This document shows, piece after piece, positions 14,047-27,004 of a stretch of DNA of 64,000 bases. Where the stretch lies: positions 123,444,001-123,508,000 of the forward strand of contig CM059432.1 of assembly GCA_030390025.1 (NCBI GenBank), given 5' to 3'. This DNA comes from Squalus acanthias. Taxonomy: Eukaryota. Below the pieces are notes generated by a model, which had not been told where the DNA came from, made no database searches, and saw only the letters and a list, made by a program, of their open reading frames with translations. Position 1 is the first letter of the stretch. Every line of letters starts with the position of its first letter. Made by a program: the position numbers and the translations under genes.

Positions 14047-14628
14047 GTCAGAGTGGGAGTGGGGCAGAGAATTAAAGTGACACGCGACCGGAAGCTCAGG
14101 GTCACGCTTACGGACTGAATGAAGATGTTCAGCAAAGCAGTTACCCAATCTGCATTTGGTCTCCCCAGTGTAGAGGAGACCACATCGTGAGCAGCAAATA
14201 CAGTATACTAAATTGCAAGAAGTACGAGTAAATAGCTGTTTCACCTGGAAGGGGTGTTTAAGGCCTTGAATGGTGGGAAGGGAGGAGTGAAAGGGCAGGT
14301 GTTGCATCTCCTGTGCTTGCTGTAGGAATGAGAGCAGGTGCTGGGGGTAACAGAAGAGTGTACCAGGGTGTCGCAAAGGGAACGGTCTCTTCGGAATGCT
14401 GAAAGGGGAGGGGAAGATGTGTTTGGTGGTGGCATTGCGCTGGAGGTGGCAGAAATGGCAGAGGATGATCCATTGAATGTGAAAGGTGAGGATAAGGGGA
14501 GCCCTATTGTGGTTCTGGGAGGGGAAGGGAAGGGGTGAGGGGAGAAGTGTGAGAAATGGGGCGGACATGGTCGATGGCCATGTCAACCATGGTGGAGGGG
14601 AATCCTCAGTTGAGGAAAAAGGAAGACA
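14047..14628 (-). pseudogene. Penelope GIY-YIG endonuclease segment
   Basis: ORF 13951-14586 contains FTRTSCNLVYCICCSRCGLLYTGETKCRLGNCFAEHL..PVACHFNSLPHSHSDL, which continues as SALGLLHCSNEAQRKLEEQHL below 11716. Confidence 0.85.
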
Positions 14629-15593
14629 TGTTTTTGATATATATAAATGACCTGGACATTGGAATAGAGAGTAGTATTTCTAAATTTGCCGATGACACCA
14701 AACTTGTGGGTGTGGTAAACGGTGAGGATGATACCAATCGACTGCAACAGGTCATGGAAAGGCTAGCAGAATGGTCAGATGGAATTTAATACAGAGAAGT
14801 GTGAGGTGATGCATTTTGGCAAAAGGAACAGGGAGAGGCAATATACACTTAATGGCACAGTTTTAAAGAGTGTGCAGGAACAGAGGGACCTGGGAGTTAA
14901 TGTGCATAGGTCCCTGAAGGTGGCGGGACATATTGAGAGAGTGGTTAATAAAGCATATGGGATCTTGGGCTTCATAAATAGAGGTATTGAGTACAAAAGT
15001 AGAGAAGTTATGCTGAACCTTTATAAAGCGCTGGTTAGGCCACAACTGGAGTATTGCATCCAGTTCTGGTCACCACACTTTAGGAAGGATGTGAAGGCCC
15101 TTGAGAGGGTGCAGAGGAGATTTACCAGAATGGTTCCAGGGATGGGCAATCTTAGCTACAAGGACAGGTTGGAGAAGCTGGATTTGTTTTCATTAGAGCA
15201 AAGAAGGTTGAGGGGTGATTTGATAGAGGTGTACAAGATTATGATGGATTTGGATAGGCTAGACAGGGAAAGGCTGTTCCCACTAGTTGATGGTACAAGG
15301 ACTAGGGGACACAGATTTAAGGTTTTGGGCAAGAGATGCAGGGGGGACGTGAGGAAAAACTTTTTTTACACAGCGAGTGGTGAGGACCTGGAATTCGCTG
15401 CCAATGGAAGTGGTGGAAGCGGAGACACTCAATGTTTTCAAAGGGAGACTGGATAGGCACTTGAGGGAAATAAACTTGCAGGGCTACGGGGATAGAGCGG
15501 GGGAATGGGACTGACTGGATTGCTTTACAGAGAGCCGGCATGGACTCGATAGGCCGAATGGCCTCCTTCTGTGCCGTTATGACTCTATGACAT
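14629..15593 (+). mobile_element. 5'-truncated CR1 LINE (ACTCTATG-tail subfamily)
   Basis: FLIYINDL..FADDTKL and ORF 14779-15456; GACAT duplicated at both junctions with the Penelope host. Confidence 0.92.
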
Positions 15594-15737
15594 TTCAGAA
15601 ACACTGATGTGAAAGGTGGCATCATCAGAACAGATGCGACAGAGATGGAGAAACTGGGAGAATGGAATAGAGTCCTTACAGGACGTGGGGTGGGAAAAAG
15701 TGTAATCAAGGTAGCTATGGGAGTCGGTGGGCTTATA

Positions 15738-18700
15738 AGAACATAAGAACATAAGAAATAGAAGCATGAGTAGGCCATTCGGCCCCTCGAGCCTGCTCCG
15801 CCATTCAATAAGATCATGGCTGATCTTCAACCTCAGCTCCACCTTCTTGCCCGATTCCCATATCCCTTGATTCCCTTAATATCCAAAAATCTATCGATCT
15901 CGTCTTGAATATACTCAACGACTGAGCCTCCACAGCCCTCTGGGGCAGAGAATTCCAAAGATTCATCACCCTCTGAGTGAAGAAATTTCTCCTCATCTCA
16001 GTCCTAAATGGCCAACCCCTTATTCTGAGACTGTGACCCCTGGTTCTAGACTCCCCAGCCATGTGAAACATCCTCCCTGCATCTACCCTGTCAAGCCCTG
16101 TAAGAATTTTGTATGTTGCAATGAGATCACCTCTCATTCTTCTAAACTCTAGAGAATGTAGGCCTGGTCTACTCAATCTCTCCTCATAGACCAATCCCCC
16201 CTTCCCAGGAATCAGTCTGGTGAATCTTCATTGCACTCCCTCTATGGCAAGTATATCCTTCCTTAGGTAAGGAGACCAAAACTGTACACAATACTCCACG
16301 TGTGGTCTCAGCAGGACCCTATATAATTGCAGTAAGACGTCTTTACTCTTATACTCAATTCCTCTTGTAATAAAGGCCAACATATCATTTGCTTTCCTAA
16401 TTGCTTGCTGTACCTGCATATTAACTTTCAGTAATTTGTGTTCAAGGACACCGAGGTCGCTCTGAACACCAACATTTCCCAATCTCTCACCATTTAAAAA
16501 ATACTCTGCTTCTTTATTTTTCCTACCAAAGTGGATAACTTCACATTTCTCCACATTATATTCCATTTGCCATGTTCTTGCCCACTCACTTAGCCTGTCT
16601 ATATCCCCTTGAAGCCTCCTTGCATCCTCCTCACACCTTACATTCCCACCTAGCTTTGTATCATCAGCAAACCTGGATATATTACATTTGGTCCCCTCAT
16701 CCAAATCATTGATGTAGGTTGTGAATAGCTGAGGCCCAAGCACTGATCCTTGCAGTACCCCACTAGTTACAGCCTGCCAACCCGAAAATGACCAGTTTAT
16801 TCCTATTCGCTGTTTTCTGTCTGTTAACCAATCCTCAATCCATGCTAGTATATTACCCTCAATCCCATGAGCCCTAATTTTGTTTAATAACCTCTTGTGT
16901 GGCACCTTATCGAATGCCTTCTGAAAATCCAAATACACCACATCCACTGGTTCCCCCTTATCTATTCTGCTCGTTACAACCTCAAAAAACTCTAACAGAT
17001 TCGTCAAACACGATTTCCCTTTCATAAATCTGTCTTGACTCTGCCCAATCCTATTATCATTTTCTAAGTGCCCTGTTACCAAGTCCTTCATAATAGATTC
17101 TAACATTTTCTCTACTATTGATGTCAGGCTAACTGGTATGTAGTTCCCCATTTTCTCTCTCCCTCCTTTCTTAAATAGTGGGGTTACATTTGCTACCTTC
17201 CAATCCACGGGAACCATTCTAGAATCTATGGAATTTTGGAAGATGACAACCAATGTATCCACTATCTCTATAGCCACCTCTTTCAAAACCCTAGGATGTA
17301 GGCCATCAGGTCCAGGGGATTTATCGGCTTTCAGTTCCTTTAATTTCTCCAATACTATTTTTTTACTAATACTAATTTCTTTCAGTTCCACATTCTCGCT
17401 AGACCCTTGATTCTGCACTATTTCCGGGAGGTTTTTTGTGTCTTCTTCCGTGAAGACAGACACAAAGGGGGAAAAATTCAGTATCGCCCCGTTTGGGGTG
17501 CAATTATCGGCCGGGCGCAAAGATTAGCGCCTGGCGCTAATTATCGCCACCGACTGCAAACTTGACTTTTATCGCCCCTGGAGGTGATTGGAGAGCTAAA
17601 TCAGGCGCTACACATCTGTCTTAAGGCGCAAAGGCCGAGGAGTGAGGCGCTAACTCAGAGCGCTGGTGAAGCTCATGTGATGTCAGTCAGCAATGGAACA
17701 CAGACACAATGGCGCCGGCCAGTTCTTAAAGGGGAGGGTTGATCTTGCTTTCCATCCACATCCTGCTCATTGCAGCCTTGAATCTCGGCCTGGAGAGACC
17801 TGTACATCAAATCTGCTGGAAAGAACAATGGAGAGAACCAGGGAAAGAGCTCAGAGTGCAACCCTCACAGTCTCTTCTAAATCGATACAAGGAAGGGCAA
17901 ATCAAAATGAACCTGCAAAGTGCTGCTCAGTACCCAAAACTCCTTCACACAGCGTTGAATCTCTCCAGAAGTCTCTCTCTCTCTCTCTCTCAGAATGCGC
18001 GGTGCAAAAATGGCACCAACAAAAAAAGGCAGGAAGCAGTCGCCTTTAAATAGCGCTCCCCAGTCCCTTCCTGACTGCAAAACGCTCCCCTCAACCTGTC
18101 GTTGCTAGCGGCAGGCGGTAAGGCAGGGGGCACCACTCAATATCCGCTCCGGGGCGCTACCGGGGCGTTGCGCACTTGACTGACGTCACGATCTGCCGGC
18201 GCAGGAGATCGTGGCGGTAGTGTTTAGCGCCGCCGCAAAATGTCTAGTTAATTTTGCGAGCGGCGCAAACATCGCCGCGCCCGGGCGCTAGTTGCTTTGT
18301 GCCCCATTAGCGCCCTCTTAAGGCACTTACGGGAGGCGCAACCAACTGAACTTTTCCCCCAAAGTATTTGTTTAATTTCTCTGCCATTTCCTTATTCCCC
18401 ATTATAATTTCTCCTGTCTCAGCCTGTAAGTGACCTATGTTTACTTTTGCTAATCTTTTCCTTTTTACATACATATAGAAGCTTTTACAGTCTGTTTTCA
18501 TGTCTCTCGCAAGTTTACTATCATATTCTATTTTCCCTTTCTTTATCAATTTCTTGGTCCTCCTTTGCTGAATTCTAAAATTCTCCTTTCCTCAGGCTTA
18601 CTATTCTTTTTGGCAACATTATAAGCCTCTTCCTTTGATCTAATACTAACTTTAACTTCTCTTGTTAGCCACGGTTGGACCACTTTTCCTGTGGGGTTTT

Positions 18701-19066
18701 TGTGCCTTAAAGGAATGTATATTTGTTGTAAATTATGTCTTCATTCTTTAAATGCCAGCCCTTGCTTGTCTACCGTCATACCTTTTAATGCAGTTTCCCA
18801 ATCTACCTTAGCCAACTCGCCCCTCATACCTACGTAGTTTGCTTTGTTTAGATTTAAGACCCTGGTTTCGGATTTAACTAAATCACTTTCAAACTCAATA
18901 TAAAATTCTATCATATTATGGTCACTCTTCCCTAAATGCCCCTTTACTGCAAGGTTATTAATTAAGCCTTTCTCATTGCACAATATTAGATCTAAAATAG
19001 CCTGTTCCCTAGTTGGTTCCTCAACATACTGATCTAGAAAACTATCTTGTATATATTCCATGAATT
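15738..19066 (-). mobile_element. 5'-truncated CR1 LINE containing a MITE
   Basis: ORFs 18741-19211 (part; endonuclease end LDL..SDHN), 18307-18549, 16228-17520 (RT, FADD) and 15814-16194; (TTCTTATG)n tail. Confidence 0.95.
17467..18360. mobile_element. GC/CpG-rich non-autonomous PIF/Harbinger element
   Basis: TIR GGGGGAAAAATTCAG ... CTGAACTTTTCCCCC; TSD AAA at 17464-17466 and 18361-18363; removal restores CR1 ACACAAAGTATTTG; many subterminal GGCGC/GCGCC motifs. Confidence 0.88.
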
Positions 19067-19331
19067 CGTAGTTATAGGTTGACAGCATATCCCCAGAAAT
19101 GAAGATAGAGAAGTCAAGGAAGGGAAGGGAAGAATCGGAGATGAACCATATGAAGGCAAGGGAGGGGAGGAAATCTGAAGCAAAGTTGATTAAATTTTCC
19201 AGTTCGGGCAAGAGCAGGAAATAGCACCGATACAGTCATCAATGTACTGGAAAAAGAGGCTAGGGAGGGGACCTGAGTACGACTGGAACAAAGAATGTTC
19301 CACGTATCCCACGAAAAGGCAGGCATAGCCA

Positions 19332-19804
19332 GTATTTTGCTATTGTATTAGTGTTTGGTTCACTGCCACTTCGCTGCTAGGAATGCCCACCTTGAAGAAG
19401 TTCTGCTCTTCTCTCCGACGGGATTTCCGTTTGTCCCTTCAAACTTGTTCATCTTCATTGCTTTCCGTTTCCCTTCTCATGTTTGATCAGGTATCTGCCA
19501 AGACTTGGTTTCACAGCCACATCTCTTTCCTCAGCAACTGTCTCCGGTTCTTCCTACCCTAGCACAGACTATTCCTTCAGATCCTCTACTCCCCCCGCAC
19601 CCCCTCCCCCCCCACCTCTCCCTGCCTCTGCACCTGCTTAAAATCTGTTCCATCTCTAGCCTTTTCCAGTTCTGAAGGAGGGTCCCAGACCTGAATCGTT
19701 GTCTCTGTTTCTCTCTCCACGGATGCTGCCTGGCCTGCTGAGTGCTTCCAGCATTTTGTGTTGTTATTTCAGATTTCCAGTATCTGCAATATTTTGCTAT
19801 TGTA
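19332..19804 (+). mobile_element. Mini (internally deleted) Penelope-like element with short direct terminal repeat
   Basis: TSD ATAGCCA at 19325-19331 and 19805-19811; TATTTTGCTATTGTA repeated at 19333-19347 and 19790-19804; probable ORF N-terminus from 19383 (MPTLKKF...HISFLSNCLR) joined directly to a terminal repeat with a degenerate hammerhead. Confidence 0.75.
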
Positions 19805-20140
19805 ATAGCCAGGACCAATATGGGTCCCCATAGCGAGGAAGTGAGTGGAGTCAAAGGAGATGTTGTTCAATGTGAGAACAAGTTCAGCCAGGCGGAGGAG
19901 GGTGGTGGTGGATGGGGAATGATTGGACGTCTATTCAAGGAAGAAGCGGAGGACCCGTGTGCCATCCTGGTAGGGGATGGAGGTGTAGAGGTGCTGGCTG
20001 TCTATGGTGAAAATGAGATGGTTAGGGCCAGGAAACTGACATGGGGCAAGAACAGGCTGAACGATGGGTCTACCAGGGCAGTCTAGTTTGTGGATCTTGG
20101 GAAGAAGGTAGAGGCAGGCTGTGCGGGGTTGGGGGATTAT

Positions 20141-21820
20141 GAACATAAGAACATAAGAAATAGGAGCAGGAGTAGGCCATTCGGCCCTTCGAGACTGCTC
20201 CGCCATTCAATGAGATCATGGCTGATCTTCTGCCTCAACTCCATTCACCGGCCCTATCGCCATATCCCTTGATGCCCTTACTAGTCAGAAATCTATCGAC
20301 TTCTGTTTTGAATATACCCAATGACTGAGCCTCCACAGCCCTCCGGGGTAGAGAATTACAAAGATTCACCACCCTCTGTGTGAAGAAATTGCTTCTCATC
20401 TCAGTCCTGAATGGCCTACCCTTTATCCTGAGGCTGTGGCCACTGGTTCTAGACTCCCCAGCCAAGGGAAACATTCTCCCAGCATCCACCCTATCAAGCC
20501 CTGTAATAATTTTGTATGCTTCAATGAGATCCCCTCTCATTCTTCTGAATTCAAGAGAATACAGGCCTAGTTTACTCACTCTCTTCTCATATGACAGTCC
20601 CGCCATCCCAGGAATCAATCTCGTGAACCTTCGTTGCACTCCCTCTATGGCAAGTATATCCTTCCTTAGGTAAGGAGACCAAAATTGTACACAGTACTCC
20701 AGGTGTGGTCTCACCAAGGCCCTATATAATTGGAGTAAGACTTCTTTACTCCTGTACTCAAATCCTCTTGTAATGAAGGCCAGCATATCATTTGCCTTCC
20801 TAATGGCTTGCAGCACCTGAACATTCACTTTCAGTGACTCATGTACAAGGACACCCAGGACCCTTTGAGCATCTGCATTCCCCAATCTTTCACCATTTAG
20901 GAAATACTCTGCCTTTCTGTTTTTTCTACCAAAGTGGATAACTTCACATTTATCCACATTATATTCCATCTGCCATGTTCTCGCCCACTCACTCAGCCTG
21001 TCGAGATCCCCTTGAAGCCTCTTCACATCCTCTTCACAACTGACACTGCCACCTAGCTTTGTATCATCAGCAAATTTGGAAATGTTACATTTAGTCCCCT
21101 CATCCAAATCATTGATATAGATTGTGAATAGCTGGGGCCCAAGCACCGATCCTTGCGGTACCCCACTAGTCACAGCCTGCCATCCTGAAAAAGACCCGTT
21201 TATCCCTACTCTTTGTTTTCTGTCTGTTAACCAATTCTCAATCCATGCTAGTATATTACCCCCAATTCCATGTGCCCTAATTTTGTTCACCAACGTCTTG
21301 TGTGGGACCTTATCAAAGGCCTTCTGAAAATCCAAATTCACCACATCTACCGGTTCCCCTTTGTCTACTCCACTAGTTACATCCTCAAAGAACTCCAATA
21401 GGTTTGTTAAACAGGATTTCCCTTTCATAAATCCATGTTGACTCTGCCCAATCTTACTATTAGTTTCTAAGTGCCCAGTTATTGCATCCTTTATAATAGA
21501 ATCCAGCATTTTCCCAACTACTGATGTGAGGCTAACAGGTCTGTAGTTCCCCGTTTTCTCTCTCCCTCCTTTCTTCAATAGCAGGGTTACATTTGCTATC
21601 CTCCAATCTGCAGAAACCGTTCCAGAATCTATAGAATTTTGGAAGATGACAACCAATGCGTCCACTAATCCAATGGCCGAGGTTCCTCATTCTTGCCACA
21701 CCCTTGGTTTTCTTGTATTTCTGGGAGGTTTATTGTGTCTTCCTCCGTGAAGACAGAAACAAAGTATTTATTTAATTTCTCTGCCATTTCCTCATTCCCC
21801 ATTATAAATTCTCCCGTCTC
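20141..21820 (-). mobile_element. 5'-truncated CR1 LINE with an uninterrupted 476-aa RT/C-terminal ORF (20235-21665)
   Basis: RT motifs open to the natural stop; (TTCTTATG)n tail; host Penelope sequence GATTAT|GAGGTTG is restored on removal. Confidence 0.95.
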
Positions 21821-22382
21821 TGAGGTTGTCATTTAATGACACCTTTTGTCATTTAATCACTCCTGCCTTCCACCCTATCACAGAGATTCCCTTTTGTTCT
21901 TTCCTCCCCTCCTCCCTACTTTCCCTGCCTCTGTACTTGCTCATCGACCTGAAACGTTAACTCTGTTTCTCTCTCCACAGAGGCTGCCTGACTTGCTAAG
22001 TGTTTCCAGCATTTTCTGTTTATATTTCAGATTTCCAGCATCCTCAATATTTTGCCTTTGTATTTGAACACAGGGGTCTATTTCTCTCCACATACTTTGC
22101 TTAAACCAGGGCAGTTTGTGGTAAAGATTTCCCCTCCCACCGGCCCACTCCTTTGTGATTAAGGTCCTGATCTTAACAATGGCATTTTAGACTTTCAATA
22201 AAACAACATATAAAATGTAAAAAACAAAAAGAGAATCAATAAGTAAGGTGGTCAGGAGCGTTTTATGTGGAGATTAAACTTCTTTCAAAGAATCAGGAAA
22301 ACTACAGCTGGGGAAGGCAAACTACCATTCTTTCTCATTGATTCAACCTCCACATATATGATATAAGACTGGCGCTAAAAGG

Positions 22383-22642
22383 CAACAACAACAACAACAA
22401 CTTTTATTTATATAGCGCCTTTAACGTAGTAAAACGTCCCAAGGCGCTGCATAGGATAATTTTAAGAGAAGAAATTTGACACCGATCCACATAAGGATAA
22501 ATTAGGGTAGGTGACCAAAAGCTTGGTCAAAGAGGTAGGTTTTAAGGAGCGTCTTAAAGGAGGAAAGAGAGGTAGCGAGGCGGACAGGTTTAGGCAGGGA
22601 ATTCCAGAGCTTAGGGCCTAGGCAACAGAAGGCACGGCCACA
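22383..22642 (-). mobile_element. L2-clade LINE 3' end
   Basis: GGCCCTAAGCTCTGGAATTCCCT... and tail GGCGCTATATAA...(TTG)n, homologous to 28470-29053. Confidence 0.8.
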
Positions 22643-23210
22643 AATTCATAGACGGAAGATCCTGTACGTTCTGATGATCTCCATACCCAAATTCCTGATT
22701 TGCACACCCCCATAAGAAGCTCTGTCCCGGGATTATCTATTTGTAAAATCTACTCTTAAGAATCCAAAGACTTACATGTGCAGGCTACCTTGGAGCATTG
22801 TACGGCTTAGCGCTTATCATCTTGAGCACTTACAATCAGGACAATACTATTTTGCTGTGGAATATAAACAGCTCCAGGAAGCTGGTGTAAAGATGTGAGC
22901 CCCAAAATGGCGCAGAGCAGCGAGTCAGGTGCAAAGGTTTTCTGCCTCTTGACTTTAATGACTGGAAAAATGGGAACGCTAAGATTTGGGCTCATTGATC
23001 TCTGCGGCCAATTCTCCATTCTGTGCTCACATTGGGTGACACTAAGTGCTGGGAACGAGTCTCACAATTTCAGGGCTATAATCTTGAGAGAAGGCCTCCA
23101 GATGTTGACCCAAGGAGGTGGCGATTGCATAGGGAGTGTGGTCTCTGACATTTCTTAGTGCATATTGTCCTACCAGGAAATATTACAGAGATACACTCTA
23201 CTATCCAATT

Positions 23211-24750
23211 CATAGAGTCATAGTCATAGAGTCATAACGGCACAGAAGGAGGCCATTCGGACCATTGAGTCCGTGTCAGCTCTCTGTAGAGCAATCCAGT
23301 CAGTCCTATTCCCCGCTCTATCCCTGTAGCCCTGCAAGTTTATTTCCCTCAAGTGCCTATCCAGTCTCGCTTTGAAAACATTTTGTGTGTCCGCTTCCAC
23401 CACTTCCGTCGGCAGCGAATTCCAGGTCATCACCACTCACTGCGTAAAAAAGTTTTTCCTCACGTCCCCCTTGAATCTCTTGCCCAAAACCTTAAATCTG
23501 TGTCCCCTATGCCTTGTACCATCAACTAGTGGGAACAGCCTTTCCCCGTCTAGCCTATCCAAACCCGTCATAATCTTGTACACCTCTATCAAATCACCCT
23601 TGAACCTCCTTTGCTCTGATGAAAACAAATCCAGCTTCTCCAACCTGTCCTTGTAGCTAAGATCCCCCATCCCCGGAACCATTCTGGTAAATCTCCTCTG
23701 CACCCTCTCAAGGGCCTTCACATCCTTCCTAAAGTGTGGTGACCAGAACTGGACGCAATGCTCCAGTTGTGGCCTAACCAGCACTTTATAAAGGTTCAGC
23801 ATAACTTCTCTACTTTTGTACTCAATACCTCTATTTATGAAGCCCAAGATCCCATATGCTTTGTTAACCACTCTCTCAATATGTCCTGCCACCTTCAGGG
23901 ACTTATGCACATTAGCTCCCAGGTCCCTCTGTCCCTGCACTCTTTAAAACTGTGCCATTAAGTGTATATTGCCTCTCCCTGTTCCTTCTGCCAAAATGCA
24001 TCACCTCACACTTCTCTCTATTAAATTCCATCTGCCACTTGTCTGCCCATTCTGCTAGCCTTTCTATGTCCTGTTGTAGTCGATTGGTATCATCATCAGT
24101 GTTTGCCACACCCCCAAATTTGGTGTCATCGGCAAATTTAGAAATTCTACTCTGTATTCCAATATCTGTACATCAAAAAAAGCAGTGGCCCCAGCACTGA
24201 CCCTTGGGGAACACCACTTTCGACCATCCTCCAGTCTGAAAAAAGCTATTTACTACAACTCGCTGTTTTCTGTCCTTAAGCCAATTCCTTATCCAAGCTG
24301 CCACTGACTGACCTATTCCATGAGCCTCAATTTTGTTAACCAGCCTTCTATGTGGTACTTTGTCAAATGCCTTCCAAAAATCCATGTAGACAACATCCAT
24401 TATATTCCCTTCATCAATCCTCCCTGTTACTTCATCAAAAAATTCAATTAGATTAGTCAAGCATGATCTACCTTTCACAAGTCCTTGTTGGCTCTCCTTA
24501 ATTAGCTTAAACCTCTCCAAGTGCCCGTTAATTTTTTCCTTGATTATTGTTTCTAAAAATTTACCCACCACTGATGTTAATCTGACCGGCCTGTAATTAC
24601 TAGGATTGTCCTTAAACGCTTTCTTGAACAATGGTGTTACATTTGCCACTTTCCAATCCTCAGGCACCTCCCCCACATCTAGGGAAGATCGGAAAATTAT
24701 GGCAAACCCTTCCGCTATCTCCTCCCCCAATTCCCTTAGCAACCTGGAAT
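23211..24750 (-). mobile_element. 5'-truncated CR1 LINE (same subfamily as 14629-15593)
   Basis: ORFs 24173-24754, 23912-24109, 23437-23940 and 23224-23436; (ACTCTATG)n tail. Confidence 0.92.
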
Positions 24751-26416
24751 TCACTAACTTTGCTTTGTGATTGGGATGTTCAGCGTTTCATTTCAATAGA
24801 AAATAAATTGTGTGGGTTGGTGAAGATGTTTGGTTCTACTTACATAAAAGCTGAAGCTGCATATTAAGCAATTGAAACTTCCATACAAAGGAAGAGGCAC
24901 AAATGCTGCATAAACTTTGGTACCGTGATGTGCTGTGATAAGTGAAACTCATACTACCTGCATGCCAATCAAGATTCAATGAGGGTACACCCAGAAAACC
25001 ACTAAGCCTTTAAGGTGAAGGAAGGATTAGCAAAAGTCGTTTCCCTCTGCTCACTAGCATAATAAATGAAACTGGGAAATCTTCCAAGTTTTATACACCC
25101 AGACCCTTAATTTCCTCTTCACCGCAATGATAGCGGATCTTTGGTGGGTGGGCCAGGACATTTGCCTGCCACATGCCTGGTCATTTCTCAGGATCAGAGT
25201 CACGTATGTATTGAGGGCAGGTGCTGGGACTATTTGCGGTGTTGCTGGGGCCTATGTCTCTGGCGGAGGGGGAGGATACTTGCTGCAGCACTGTACTGCG
25301 GTGTAGATTGGCCAGACATACTGGCGGAAGTTCACAAAATGTTCAATTTGCACGTTACCTAATGCAATCAGTTGCCTTTTGATTGATTGCACTGGGCAAA
25401 TCGTCCATTTAAATCTTAACCTCCCCCCTGCCACTCGGCCCATAGCAATGTTGGTCGCCAAGGATGTACAGGCATCCCTTATGTCAACGTTGCTATTCCC
25501 ATGATTTATGTTCCTGTTATAATATGGCCACCCATATTTGGGCAGATGTATCATACACCTAGCATCACCTCCAGGATTGGTGACAGCTGGTGGGTGAGTC
25601 AGCAGAACGCCTACCCGCCCGATTTTCCTCTCCTGCCCACCAGTTTATACTTTCAGATCAGGCACAGCATATTCGGATGCAGAGCAACGCTCTCTCTACT
25701 CTGGCTCAAGTACATGATATCTTCATTGTTAGAATGTCAGTTCTTCCTGTTCTCACACCAAAGTAAGATTGATAACTTAGGACTAATCGCTGGGCAGCCA
25801 CTATCCAAATGAGGAATGGATTCTTAACGTCTAAATTTGTTTCATAGACGGTCCTTAAAGCCAGGAAAGAAAGGAATCCTTTATCATCAGTCGGGTTAGA
25901 TTTGATCTCAGAGGCTGGGGGTTAAAGAACAACAGGGAGTAGCGAATCGACGATAGTGAATCGACCGTGTTGTGACAGCTCCTTTTGCACCCTGCCTGAT
26001 TTTCTTTTCTATTGAAGTCAATGGGAAAAAACATCGGGCGGAGTGTAAAATGGGCTGGTGACTCACTATCGCCCAATTTGCCCGATTGCCCAAGACCAAT
26101 TTTACCCCCGTGCATTTACCAACTATGCCACCCAGTCCCCTAAAATAATCACCAGGAATTTCCGTGGGGATTCTCCGGTGGGAGATTAGCGGAACCCCTA
26201 GAGAAATAGCATAAAGAGTTAAATACCGCTGTTTACGCCATTTCCCCGGGGGAGTCCGCTGACCTCCCGCTGAGGTTACAGCTGAACTTCAGTGCCAATA
26301 GTTTTAGGTAAAAGACCACAAAAAAAAATACATCAGCTTGCACAGGTTCCAATTCAAATTTCAGGAGGGAATCAGCTGATAAATGATGTTTCAAAGCATC
26401 TTTGATCAATCAGACA

Positions 26417-27004
26417 CAGGGCGTTAGGGGAAAATGGTGCCCTGGGCAAACTTTCTTTAAGTTTAAGTATATAGCAGTATTAGCAAAAGTTTCAGAAATA
26501 AAGCTGTAATCCCAAAAGTTTTTTACAACTTAAATAATAAACAATATGTCATAAAAAATAACAATATAGGTAAGTGATGAATAAATTAAACATTAAATTA
26601 AACACTAAACTAATAAATAACAATAACAAATAAAAAATTTAGTTCACCAAGATTTTTGAGCCACATCATTCTTGATGGACAGGATGGCCAGCAAGGATCG
26701 CCTGTCGTCTCCCATGGTCAATCACAAATACGTTTTTATGAGCTTCAACCTCCATTCGCTGCTCACCACTAATACGGGTGTGGTTAACAGGATCCTGAGT
26801 GCTATCCGTGTGTTTGGGAACTTGCTCTTGAAACTTGAAGTTGGCTCTTCTTGAGGACCATTATAGTCCTTTGGAAGCAGACTTTGGAGATAGTCAAGTT
26901 CTTCGCAGAGGCCGACGGCGTTAATGTCAGACCCTCTTGACCACGGCAACCCACCCCCTGACCACGGCGGCCTGGGCAATCGCCCACCCATAAGGCTGGC
27001 CCTG
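26417..27004 (-). mobile_element. Old internally deleted hAT DNA transposon with transposase C-terminal dimerisation-domain remnant
   Basis: Ends CAGGG...CCCTG; 8-bp flanks ATCAGACA / ATTGGACA; minus-strand FPNTRIALRILLTTPVLVVSSE.RLKLIKTYL*LTMGDDRRSLLAILSIKNDVA. Confidence 0.85.

Larger units (their letters stand above)
11245..22061 (-). mobile_element. Single 5'-truncated Penelope-like retroelement (RT + GIY-YIG) with inverted terminal repeat, fragmented by nested insertions
   Basis: TSD ATTTGAACACAG at 11233-11244 and 22062-22073. Pieces ~11245-11715, 14047-14628, 15590-15737, 19067-19331, 19805-20140 and 21821-22061 join collinearly. Motifs: YLLPKIHK..PGRPIV, LYTSIP, FQYIDDCIG, NLVYCICCSRCGLLYTGET..RL...EH...PVACHFN. 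Confidence 0.9.
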
